Part shown: positions 37,153 through 46,804 of the stretch, piece after piece
Numbering within the stretch: position 1 is the first letter of the stretch
Layout of the letters: every line of letters starts with the position of its first letter
From: Longimicrobiales bacterium
GTDB lineage: Bacteria; Gemmatimonadota; Gemmatimonadetes; Longimicrobiales; Gaopeijiaceae
Direction: 5' to 3'
Length of the DNA stretch: 64,000 nucleotides
Assembly (NCBI GenBank): GCA_965226375.1
Contig: CBDDCX010000008.1
Location: 224,001 to 288,000, forward strand
Translations under genes and position numbers: made by a program
The notes under the pieces: model-generated
Seen by the model: only the letters and a program-made list of their open reading frames with translations
Databases searched by the model: none
What the model was told of the DNA's origin: nothing

Positions 37153-39091
37153 CTATCGCTTGATCATGCGCGTAGTTCCCGCGTTCACCGCACCCACCAC
37201 GGTGCCTTGCTCGTCCCGCTCGATGGTCATGATGTCACCGTCGCTCACCTCGAACCACTCGTCAGCGGAGCTGGCATAGAAGACCATCGTGCCTTGGCCG
37301 GGCACAATGACCTCCAGGGTCCCGTCCGTGCCCGGTCGAAACTCGATCACGAAGTCAGCCGACCCCTCGATCTCGTATTCGCCGCTGAGTGCTGCCACTT
37401 CAGCGGCGTCCAGCGTCACTCGAGCCTTGCTCTCCGGCCGGTGGATGGGCCACTCGCGTGCCTCGGCGATGGCCCGCGTGAGCTCTCTCGCCAGGGCCGA
37501 TCCGCGATCCCCGTTCGTCATGATGGCGTATCCAATCCTCTCGTCCGGGACTACGATCCAGATGGCCCTGAAGCCTGCGTTCGCACCCCCATGACCAAAT
37601 ATTCTGTGTCCGTCCCCCTCCAAGCCGAATCCGAGACCTTGATCGTTGAAGCCCTCTTCGCCGTCCCGGTTGGGGGTGAGCATCTGACCGAGCATCTCCG
37701 CTGAAAGGACGCCGCTTTCCACTTCGTCCCCCAGGATCTTCAGGAGGTGTACGGAAACGCGGGCCAATTCCGTGGGCGTAGTCCAGAGGCCGGCTGCGGC
37801 CTGCTCCGGGTAGGTGTGCCACTCTCCCTCTACTTCGGATCCGTCGGCTAGGTGTGCCCTCGCGGCCTCTTCCCAACGGTCTTCGGGCAACGGTTGTTCA
37901 TAGGTGGAGAGGCTCATACCGGTCGGTTCGAGGACTCGTTGGGCGACGAACTCCGGAAAGGACATCCCGGTGACGTCCTCTAGCGTCTGCTCCATCACTG
38001 TGTAGCCACCACCCGAGTACTGCCATGATGACCTTGTGTGCCCGGCACCTTGTAGACAGAGCGAACCGGGTCGGTGTTGCCCTCACCATCGAGGCCGCAC
38101 GGTTCAGTCTGAGTTGGTCGCGAGTACCGCTCCTGGCCGGAACGGCTCGTCCTTTCTGTATCCGGGGAAACCCCACACTGTCGTGCCCGCCGAGTGTGTG
38201 AGCAGTCCGCGGAGGGTCACCGCAGAGTCCGCAGTGAATTCATTGTCGGGTACAGACCAGGTGGTGAGGTACTCGTTGATCGGATCGTCGAGTGTGAGAC
38301 GCCCCTCTTCGACGAGCGAGAGGGCAGCCAGCGCTGACCCACGGGCTTCGAGATCGAGCCTGCCTGGAAGAGAGTCTCGACGGTGGCCGGCCTCCCGGTC
38401 TCGGTATCGGCCGTCCCCCACGCCTTGGCCCACGCGACATTGCTCTCTAATTAATCCCGTAGAGTGTCCCATTGTCGTTGACTCGAACCGGGTCGGTGTT
38501 GCCCTCACCATCGAGCACCTCTGAGTTGGTCGCGAGTACCGCTCCTGGCCGGAACGGCTCGTCCTTTCTGTATCCGGGGAAACCCCACACTGTCGTCGTG
38601 AGCAGTCCGCGGAGGGTCACCGCAGTCCGCGAATTCATTGTCGGGTACAGACCAGGTGGTGAGGTACTCGTTGATCGGATCGTCGAGTGTGAGACGCCCC
38701 TCTTCGACGAGCGAGAGGGCAGCCAGCGCACCCACCTTCGAGATCGAGCCTGCCTGGAAGAGAGTCTCACGGTGGCCGGCCTCCCGGTCTCGGTATCGGC
38801 CGTCCCCCACGCCTTGGCCCACGCGATCTCACCGTCCTCGATCACGGCCACACTGACGGCCGGGACGTCGTAGTGAGCCATCCGTTCTTCCAACGACCAT
38901 CCCTGGAGCTCCGCACCCTCGAGGACCACGGGAGGCAGCAGCGAGCGCTCAACGGCCGAAATCCAATCTCCGTCGCCGGCCGAGTCAGTCTGTTCCGTCG
39001 CAGGAGGGCCCGCGCAGCCTGCGGATACGAGGAGCAGCGCAGTGCTCCACGGGGCACTCGTGAATGCTGTTCTCACGGTCCTGCCCCTCAT
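37153..39091 (-). pseudogene. Beta-lactamase-family serine hydrolase lipoprotein, disrupted by an internal duplication and indels
   Basis: FQAGSISK (SxxK), LLTHSAG, YSGGGY, AAGLWTTP, GHGGANAGF spread over several frames. Confidence 0.85.
38062..38826. repeat. Imperfect direct duplication (38062-38437 and 38484-38826) with a 46-bp spacer
   Basis: Long identical stretches differing by small indels. Confidence 0.9.
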
Positions 39092-40683
39092 GGATTACGG
39101 GTTGGCTGTTTTCCAGCATACGGGTACAGATCCTCCAGCACCACATGCTCGTACGGCAGTGCATCGAGGAACGTCGTTCCCACGAACGGCCCCGGAGCTT
39201 CAACGACCAGGATGGTCCTGGCATAGCCCGTCTCGTCGAACCCTCGTCGGAAGTGTACGCGCGATTTGACTACGAAGACGTCGTAGTCGTCCGGATCGAT
39301 TGACCCCAGGCGGAAGTCCTCAGGATACAGTACTTGTGAGTATGCGGGGGATATGAATACCAGATTGCCGTCTCCGAACGAGACCGCGGCCACACCCTCA
39401 TAGCCGAGGCCCGCGCCGAAGTACTCGAGCGTTCCCGTGATGCGAGCGGGCGTGCCACCCGAGGGCGTGAAGCCCCCCACGTCCATGTCAAAGGCCGCTC
39501 CGGCTTCAGCGTCGACGTTCTCCAATGCCTCGATCACCGATGGATCACTGATGGCGCCGTGGAGCACACGACCGATCCCGGCAGCCTCGAACGCTTTGAG
39601 GATGTGCGTGGCGTCCCCCGGACGGTCACTGTAGTCGCCGACAGCCACTGGCACCTCTCCGGCTTGGATCGCGTCGTGAACGATCTGGGCCGCCTCGTCG
39701 GGCAGCGGATACTTCCCAGCTGCGAACTCCTCCCGCATGCGCCACATGAAGTCGTTCATGTCGTCGGCGATCGCGTCAGCCAACGGTTGGTCGTCATTGG
39801 TCATCACCTGGACCGTCGCTCCGACGTCCGGTACGTCCGACCAGGGATATCCAGAGAAGACGCTCACGTAGACGTCCGGCTCTCGCGACTCCCAGCGTCG
39901 GGCGCGTTCCATGATGTCCATCGACGGGGACTGGCCGGTCCACTGGACGACCGTCGGCGTAATAATGCCCGGCTTCCGCGTTGCCGTTGTGGGGGAGTAG
40001 CCGCCCCGAGCGGTACTGATGATCATGCGCGCCGATCGTTCGCCCTGGATGTAGGCGTCGTAGTGCGGATACCGCTTGGTGACGAACGAGAAGTCCGCCC
40101 AGCGCAAGAACTCCTCGTCCTCGTTCCCGTGCAGGTCGAAGCTGCCTGCGATAGGCACGTCCGGCCCCACGATCTCACGAACTCGGCGTGCCAACTCGGC
40201 CTCGGGCCGGGGCACATTCCTCACGGCCATGGCACCGTGGAGAGCGAGATACACACCGTCCACCGGCATCGCGGAGCGCAGGTCCTCGATGATCATGCCG
40301 GCGAAGTGCTCGAAGGTCTCTTCGCTGTTCCAGCTGCGTGAGGACCCGCCGAACACGCCCTCAGGCGAGCGGAGCGGCAAGAGCTCCACGTTACCGTACT
40401 CCCTGGCCCGAGCGGTGAAGCCGCGCACGAAGTCCCCAGACTCGAACAGTGCCTCGTCGTCGAACGGGGGGCGTACCCTGATCCAATCCGCGATCTCGGT
40501 GTCCCCGCCCGGGCAAAACGTACAGGTCTCGTGCTGGAACTTCGCGACCGCTATGCGGAGTGTTCGGTCGGCGTCGGACGAGGCCGGTGCTTCCGCACTG
40601 CAGGCGCCGAGGGCCGCGGCTGCGATCAACGCGAGCACCGAAACGCGGAGAGACGTGATGGAACTTCGGGTGCATTCGGACAT
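39088..40683 (-). CDS. MlrC-like M81 metallopeptidase, lipoprotein
   Basis: HETCTF, DGVYLALHGAM, DLHGN, YPHYD, VVKS.VHFR; LGAC lipobox. Confidence 0.9.
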   Translation of the reverse strand: MSECTRSSITSLRVSVLALIAAAALGACSAEAPASSDADRTLRIAVAKFQHETCTFCPGGDTEIADWIRVRPPFDDEALFESGDFVRGFTARAREYGNVELLPLRSPEGVFGGSSRSWNSEETFEHFAGMIIEDLRSAMPVDGVYLALHGAMAVRNVPRPEAELARRVREIVGPDVPIAGSFDLHGNEDEEFLRWADFSFVTKRYPHYDAYIQGERSARMIISTARGGYSPTTATRKPGIITPTVVQWTGQSPSMDIMERARRWESREPDVYVSVFSGYPWSDVPDVGATVQVMTNDDQPLADAIADDMNDFMWRMREEFAAGKYPLPDEAAQIVHDAIQAGEVPVAVGDYSDRPGDATHILKAFEAAGIGRVLHGAISDPSVIEALENVDAEAGAAFDMDVGGFTPSGGTPARITGTLEYFGAGLGYEGVAAVSFGDGNLVFISPAYSQVLYPEDFRLGSIDPDDYDVFVVKSRVHFRRGFDETGYARTILVVEAPGPFVGTTFLDALPYEHVVLEDLYPYAGKQPTRNP

Positions 40684-40830
40684 GGTCCGCCAGGGGAGCG
40701 AGAAAAACGCAGGCCAAACAAAAGCCTTTGACGGAATGGACGGGATAACGTGACGGGCGGGCGGAGAGTGGTCAACACGCAGCCTCAAGTCCTGGCCCGT
40801 CCGGTGGACGGTCCCAAGCCGCAACGCCTC

Positions 40831-40976
40831 CGCCCCGCCCTGGGTACACCTTCGAATTCGACGTTGATCGGTTCGCGAACCTCGACTGGCGAGCCCGGCA
40901 GGCGGAATTGATTGATGTCCTGCCCCGAAGCGTCACTGAAGAGGTGCTTCAGAAGCTAGGGACCTTGTTGGGCTAG
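40831..40976 (+). pseudogene. mazF: MazF/PemK toxin remnant
   Basis: RPAL, then GYTFEFDV-DRFANLDWRARQAELIDVLPRSVTEEVLQKLGTLLG-stop, matching MazF landmarks (RPA, GYPFEV, DQVKS..WRAR) with the intervening parts deleted. Confidence 0.7.
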
Positions 40977-41067
40977 TGCACCCGCCCGCCTTTCCGACCC
41001 CGTAGCGTCGCCCCTATGCTGGGACGGGACGCCGCTCATTTCGAGACTCGACAACGACGGGATCATC

Positions 41068-43359
41068 ATGGCCTATCGACCGCTGCGCGTAGGTATCATC
41101 AGCTTCTTCGCGCTCCTCATGCTTGAGGCGCAGGCGCCGGCGGCCGGCCAGAGCGTCACATACGACCTATACGACCGGGGCGTCCGCCTGGCCGAGTTCT
41201 CGATTCCGGGACTTGCGATGACGTCGGCTTCCTTCACCGTCCGCCGAAGAAGCCTGCGTCGGAATACTTGGGGGGATACGGTGGCGGTGCCGCGTGACGG
41301 TCGATTGGACCATCGGGAACTCAGGGTTGGAATCCTCGGCAACCTCGCCCTCTTGTCGACCATTCCGGCGATCGACTGGAACGTGCTTCAGGTGGTGGCT
41401 TGGCCGGATGCCGCAAGCGTCTATGAAAGGCACAGGGAGCTCACGCGCGTAGTGGACGGGAACGAAGTGGCCGCTACCCATTGGGCCATCCCGACTCGGT
41501 CACGGCCGGTCGATCTGATCATCGGCAATGACAACCAGTTCATTGCCGCGATCTTCCCTCCACGAGATCTCGTGCTCGTCCGCCGAGGCTATGAGCGCTT
41601 CACGTCGGTACACGATTGGCATCATGCTATCATCTCACCCGCAGTCCACGGATTCCGCCAGGTCCCGGATGTGACGATGCGGGCACGGGACGGGGCCAAG
41701 CTCGCCACGTTGGTCTACCTGCCCGATGGACCGGAGGCGACCGGGCCCTTCCCGACCATCTTCGTTCGCACGCCCTATGGCATCACCAACCTGTTTCGGA
41801 ACTATTCCACGTACCCTGCACGTGGATACGCGCTTGTCCTGCAGTCGACGCGCGGGCGTGTGTACTGGGAAACGGAGAATCGGTCCGACGGCGATTGGAC
41901 GCCGATGGTGGACGAGGCGGGTGACGGAGCCGATGCCCTGGAGTGGATTACGGAGCAGCCGTGGTCGGACGGCCAGGTGTGCATGGAGGGGGGCTCGTAC
42001 GTCGCCTACACCCAGTGGACCGCGACCATGGCCGGCAATCCGGCGCTCAAGTGCCTGATTCCCTCGAGCTCGATGGGTACCGCCTTCAGCGACCAGCCGT
42101 ATCGCGGCGGCGGTTTTGTGGAGGGTCTGGCCTACTACACCTTCTGGATGTTGGACAAGCCGATTCTGCCCGAGCGTAACTGGAGCGACATCCTGCACCA
42201 TCGGCCCCTGATCGACATCGATCGTTACGCAACGGGGGAAGACATCCCGGCCTGGAACACGTTCTTCGAGCATTGGGCCAACGACGATTACTGGGCACGT
42301 CAGGACTGGTACCGGGCTCCGGGTCCCAGGAACTTCGCCACGCTGCAGATCAGCGGCTGGTTCGACGATGATGTTACCGGAACACACTCCAATTGGGGTC
42401 TCATGGCTCGGACCAGCTCAGATCCGCAACGGCTGATCCTCGGTCCCTGGAGGCACGGCTTCAACTCGGACCGCAGTCTGAATGGCTTCGATTTTGGGGT
42501 GGACGCGATTCGAGACGACATCTGGCTGTTGAAGCAGCGCTGGTACGACCGATTCATGCGTGGTGCGGATAACGGGGTCGATGACGTGACAGTCGAGTAC
42601 TTCGTACTGGGCGAGAACGAATGGCGAACGGCAGACGCGTGGCCTCCCTCTGAGGCTCTGCCTCGATCTTTCTATTTTCACAGCGACGGCAACGCGAGCC
42701 GTCTGACCAATCGCGGCTCCCTGACCGAGTTCGCACCCTCCGGAGCCGAGCCATCGGACGAATATCGGTATGACCCGTCCAACGCTCCGGCCAACTGGAG
42801 AAGCTTCGACTTGATGGAGAGCTGGTCGGACGTGCAGCGCTGCCCGTACGACTTCAAGGACATCGAGGCTCGCCCGGACGTCGTGACCTTCACGTCAGCG
42901 CAGCTTACCGAGGACCTGACCCTCGCCGGCTTCATCGAGGTCGAGCTGTACGCATCGACCGACGTGTTGGACACGGACTGGTGGGTCCACCTGTCCGATG
43001 TGCATCCTGACGACGCTTCGGTACGTCTGTCCACCGGCATGCTACGAGCGCGGTTCCGCGATCTGGAGGATCCGATCCATCAGATCGAAGGATCGAACTT
43101 CGAGACCGAGAGGCTGCTTAGCGGAGACCTGTCAGACGTCGTGAGGTATCACTTCACCATCCCCGCCGCCGCGAACACGTTCAAAGTCGGTCATCGCGTT
43201 CGAGTGTCCATCATGAACGCGCTGGACAACTACAGCTTTCCGAACTCAAATACGGGCGGTGACGAAGGAACCGTGACCGAGACGGTGATCGGCACCATGC
43301 GGATTCATCACAGCGTCGACCATCCGAGCCGCGTGACCCTCCACGTCCTGCCCAATTGA
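41068..43359 (+). CDS. CocE/NonD-family (S15) hydrolase
   Basis: RDGAKLAT.VYLP, RTPY, QPWSDG.V.M.GGSY, GWFDD, GPW.H, Y.YDP. Confidence 0.92.
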   Translation: MAYRPLRVGIISFFALLMLEAQAPAAGQSVTYDLYDRGVRLAEFSIPGLAMTSASFTVRRRSLRRNTWGDTVAVPRDGRLDHRELRVGILGNLALLSTIPAIDWNVLQVVAWPDAASVYERHRELTRVVDGNEVAATHWAIPTRSRPVDLIIGNDNQFIAAIFPPRDLVLVRRGYERFTSVHDWHHAIISPAVHGFRQVPDVTMRARDGAKLATLVYLPDGPEATGPFPTIFVRTPYGITNLFRNYSTYPARGYALVLQSTRGRVYWETENRSDGDWTPMVDEAGDGADALEWITEQPWSDGQVCMEGGSYVAYTQWTATMAGNPALKCLIPSSSMGTAFSDQPYRGGGFVEGLAYYTFWMLDKPILPERNWSDILHHRPLIDIDRYATGEDIPAWNTFFEHWANDDYWARQDWYRAPGPRNFATLQISGWFDDDVTGTHSNWGLMARTSSDPQRLILGPWRHGFNSDRSLNGFDFGVDAIRDDIWLLKQRWYDRFMRGADNGVDDVTVEYFVLGENEWRTADAWPPSEALPRSFYFHSDGNASRLTNRGSLTEFAPSGAEPSDEYRYDPSNAPANWRSFDLMESWSDVQRCPYDFKDIEARPDVVTFTSAQLTEDLTLAGFIEVELYASTDVLDTDWWVHLSDVHPDDASVRLSTGMLRARFRDLEDPIHQIEGSNFETERLLSGDLSDVVRYHFTIPAAANTFKVGHRVRVSIMNALDNYSFPNSNTGGDEGTVTETVIGTMRIHHSVDHPSRVTLHVLPN

Positions 43360-43409
43360 AGAGACCCTAAGAGGGCCGAGCTAGCCGAGAAACCACGTGG
43401 GACGGGCGC

Positions 43410-44843
43410 TCAGGCCGCGAACCAGTCCCTGCGTCTCCCGATCGCGTACACGCCACCGCCCAGTGCCAGAGTCGCGAGCGCGGCCCCGGTGGGCACAGGA
43501 GCGCCCAATAGGCCGTTGACCCACGCGGCGATCGTCACCCCAAGGAAGATCAACGCCGGAAGGGGATGCAGGGGCGTGCGAAAGATTTCTCCTCCTCCGT
43601 TCCCTGTTCGAGCGGCAGCTCCCTCTCGGCGGCGGAACACGAACAGCGTCACCACCGTGAGCCCGTTGAACAGCAGCAGGGAAGACCCGATGTAGATCAG
43701 TAGGGTCTCGAAGGCGCCAGTCAGGGCAAGGGCGGCCGCCAGCACGCCCTGGGCCACGATGGCCGCCGCCGGCACATGTCCCTGATCGGAGATACGACCC
43801 AGGAAGCGGGGCGCCACGCCGTCTCGGGCCATGGCGAAGTAGATACGGGGCCCCACCGCGGCCATGGCGCTCACGGATCCGAACATCGCCAGCGCGATGA
43901 TGCTCGTAACGGCTAGAGAGCCTTCAAGGCCGAACAGGCTTTCAGCGGCCAACTGTCCCACGGTGATGGCCGGCTCCCATTCGGCTTGGGGTAGGGCGTA
44001 GAAGAAGAGCGTATTGATGAGGAGATAGATGACCGTGACGAATAACGTCCCGCCCAGAATCGCCCTCGGCAGGTTTCTCCCGGGATTGCGGACCTCACCG
44101 GCGATATATGCGGCGGCGTTCCAGCCAGCGTACGCGTACGTGACCTGGAGAAGGGCCACCCACCAATTGCTCCCTGGCTCCGTGCGGGCCACCAGGCCGG
44201 ACCAGGAACCGTTTCCGGTCGAGAATCCTGCCACAACCATGACTCCGATCGAACCTACGACCAGAGTGGCCAGGGTCGTCTGGAGCCCACCGCTCCACCG
44301 CACCCCCACCGAGTGGACCACTGTGAGCAAGAGCACCAACAGCGACGCCCCAGCCGCTCCCTGGCTGATCGCGAGGCCCTCGAGGAGCGGAGCATCGGGG
44401 TTCCACCCGCCGAACAGGGGTGCCAAGTAGGCCATCACGCCCAGCGCCGAAGCCGCCATCGCGGCCGAGAACCCCACGATGAACGAGGTCCAGCCGCTCA
44501 GAAAGCCCCAAAACTGGCCGAGTCCCCGAGTCAGGTAGCGGTACTCGCCCCCCGCGGCAGGCATGTGGGTGGCCAACTCCGAGTAGCAGAGCGCACCGCA
44601 CAGGGCCAGGAGTCCGGCGGCGGCCCACACGCCCAACGAGGCCAGGGCGCTTCCGGTCGCCACGCGCACGAAGGCGGGAACCGTGAAGATCCCGGAGCCG
44701 ATCATGTTGGTGACGACGAACGCTCCGGCCGCAACGGCGCCCAGCGTGCGAACCAGACCCTCGGCACCGACCTCGCGTTGTGACATCAAGCCGGCGCCTT
44801 TCTTTTCTGCTACCCTGCGGTCACGCCCGACCGCTGTGGTCAC
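43410..44843 (-). CDS. APC-family amino acid permease
   Basis: NMIGSGIF, YSELAT..P.AGGEY, YAYAGWN, GEVRNP.RNLP, RIYFAMARDG; start may be ATG 44786. Confidence 0.92.
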   Translation of the reverse strand: MTTAVGRDRRVAEKKGAGLMSQREVGAEGLVRTLGAVAAGAFVVTNMIGSGIFTVPAFVRVATGSALASLGVWAAAGLLALCGALCYSELATHMPAAGGEYRYLTRGLGQFWGFLSGWTSFIVGFSAAMAASALGVMAYLAPLFGGWNPDAPLLEGLAISQGAAGASLLVLLLTVVHSVGVRWSGGLQTTLATLVVGSIGVMVVAGFSTGNGSWSGLVARTEPGSNWWVALLQVTYAYAGWNAAAYIAGEVRNPGRNLPRAILGGTLFVTVIYLLINTLFFYALPQAEWEPAITVGQLAAESLFGLEGSLAVTSIIALAMFGSVSAMAAVGPRIYFAMARDGVAPRFLGRISDQGHVPAAAIVAQGVLAAALALTGAFETLLIYIGSSLLLFNGLTVVTLFVFRRREGAAARTGNGGGEIFRTPLHPLPALIFLGVTIAAWVNGLLGAPVPTGAALATLALGGGVYAIGRRRDWFAA

Positions 44844-44855
44844 CGTTGGGTACTA

Positions 44856-46523
44856 CTAGGCGAGCCCCACGATCTCGCCGTCGTCTTTGATCGACATGCC
44901 CACCGCTGCGGGCCGCGCCGCCAGGCCGGGCATGGTCATGATGTTCACCGTCTTGGCAACTACGAAGCCGGCCCCAGCCGAGGGCGTCACGTCACGCACC
45001 GTAAGCTTGAAGCCGCTCGGTCTGGCCAGCAGGGCCGGGTTGTCCGAGAACGAATACTGAGTCTTTGCGACACACACGGGCACGCTCCGCATGCCGATGG
45101 ACTCCAGCCGGTCGATGGCCTTTGCGGCCTCGTCCAGGAAGTCCACACCGTCCGCTCCGTAGATCTCGGTGGCAATGACACCGATCTTCTCGCGCAGGCC
45201 CATGTCGTCGGGATAGAGAGGCCGATAGTTCGCTTCTCCGGACTCCACCACCTCGCTCACAACGTCGGCGAGCTCCAGACAGCTGGTCCCGGTCTGTCCG
45301 TGTGGATCCGCTTCGACGACGGACACGCCGCACTCTTCGCAGGCCTCTCGGAGCGCGGCTACCTCAGGGTCCGTGTCGCTGGCGAACCGGTTGATGGCGA
45401 CCACCGCCGGCACCCCGAATTTCCGGACGTTCTCGACGTGGGCCTTGAGGTTGACCGAGCCGGCCACGAGGGCCTTGACGTTCTCCGATGTCAGATCGTC
45501 CTTGGACACCCCGCCGTGCATCTTGAGGGCGCGGATCGTGGCCACGACCACTACCGCCTGCGGCTCGAGGCCACCTATGCGACACTTGATATCGAAGAAC
45601 TTCTCGGCACCGAGATCGGCGCCGAATCCCGCTTCAGTCACCACGATGTCACCCAGAGCGAGTCCGGCACGGGTGGCGATGAGCGAGTTGCAGCCGTGGG
45701 CGATATTGGCGAACGGTCCGCCGTGGATGAAGGCCGGCGTGCCACCCAGTGTCTGCACGAGGTTGGGGTTGATGGCTTCCCGGAGGAGCAGGGTCATTGC
45801 GCCGGGAGCATCCAACTCCGCCGCCCGGATGGGGTCGCCCTGACGCGTGGAGGCCACGATGATGTTGCCCAACCGGGTGGTGAGATCCTTCAGCGAGTCG
45901 GCCAGACAGAAGATCGCCATGATCTCCGAAGCGGCCGTGATGACAAAGCCGTCCTCGCGGGGGATCCCCCCCGTTCGGCCACCCAGGCCCAAGACCACAT
46001 GCCGCAGGGCCCGATCGTTCATGTCCACGGCCCGGGGCCAGGTGATCTGCCGGTGATCGATCTCCAGGCTGTTGGGCCGGAACAGGTGGTTGTCCAGCAT
46101 GGCCGACAAGAGCCCGTGGGCGGACGTGATGGCGTGAAAATCACCCGTGAAGTGCAGGTTGATGTCCGCCATCGGGATCACCTGAGAGTAGCCGCCGCCG
46201 GCCGCCCCGCCTTTGAGTCCGAAGACCGGTCCCAGACTCGGCTCCCGCAGGCACAACACTGGGTTCCGCTCACGCAGGGTAAGGGCGTCCGCGAGGCCGA
46301 CCGCCACTGTGGACTTGCCCTCGCCGGCCGGTGTGGGGCTGATGCCCGTCACCAGAACGAGCTTTCCGTTCCGGCTCTCACGGCCGTTGATGACGTCCAA
46401 GGGCACCTTGGCCTTGTAGTGCCCATAGGGCTCGATGTCCGTGGCGGCGAGCCCCACTTTGGCCGCAATCTCGATGATGGGCCTCAGCTCGGCAGATTGT
46501 GCAATCTCGATATCGGTCAGCAT
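44856..46523 (-). CDS. fhs: Formate--tetrahydrofolate ligase
   Basis: [56 protein letters not shown]. Confidence 0.98.
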   Translation of the reverse strand: MLTDIEIAQSAELRPIIEIAAKVGLAATDIEPYGHYKAKVPLDVINGRESRNGKLVLVTGISPTPAGEGKSTVAVGLADALTLRERNPVLCLREPSLGPVFGLKGGAAGGGYSQVIPMADINLHFTGDFHAITSAHGLLSAMLDNHLFRPNSLEIDHRQITWPRAVDMNDRALRHVVLGLGGRTGGIPREDGFVITAASEIMAIFCLADSLKDLTTRLGNIIVASTRQGDPIRAAELDAPGAMTLLLREAINPNLVQTLGGTPAFIHGGPFANIAHGCNSLIATRAGLALGDIVVTEAGFGADLGAEKFFDIKCRIGGLEPQAVVVVATIRALKMHGGVSKDDLTSENVKALVAGSVNLKAHVENVRKFGVPAVVAINRFASDTDPEVAALREACEECGVSVVEADPHGQTGTSCLELADVVSEVVESGEANYRPLYPDDMGLREKIGVIATEIYGADGVDFLDEAAKAIDRLESIGMRSVPVCVAKTQYSFSDNPALLARPSGFKLTVRDVTPSAGAGFVVAKTVNIMTMPGLAARPAAVGMSIKDDGEIVGLA

Positions 46524-46804
46524 GGTCGTTCCGTGTTGTCCAATGATTCACGTCGCGCCGCGAGCTGCGAAGCGTGTCCCCAGCCTCGACGTCTAGAGCG
46601 CACCCGCCCGGGTGCGCGGCGGTTCAGGCTGGGGTTTCAACCCTGATTTTGCAAGAGGACAGGTACATGATGGGCGCCGCCGGGTCGCCGGGTGCCATGA
46701 TCGTGCTCGCTGTACTGACGAGAACCCTGGTATCTTGGTCGTGCTTGCCACCCGCGCTCTGCAGGCCAAAGTTTGCACAGCGTGCCCTCCAGTGAGACGT
46801 CGCA

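Noticed and set aside
38062..38826. Template/variable repeat pair of a diversity-generating retroelement
   Set aside because: Differences are indels, not adenine-specific substitutions, and no reverse transcriptase is in the window.
46524..46804. ZTP or THF riboswitch, or 6S RNA, upstream of fhs
   Set aside because: Consensus motifs or a full rod-like fold were not found by eye; kept only as an unassigned structured region.
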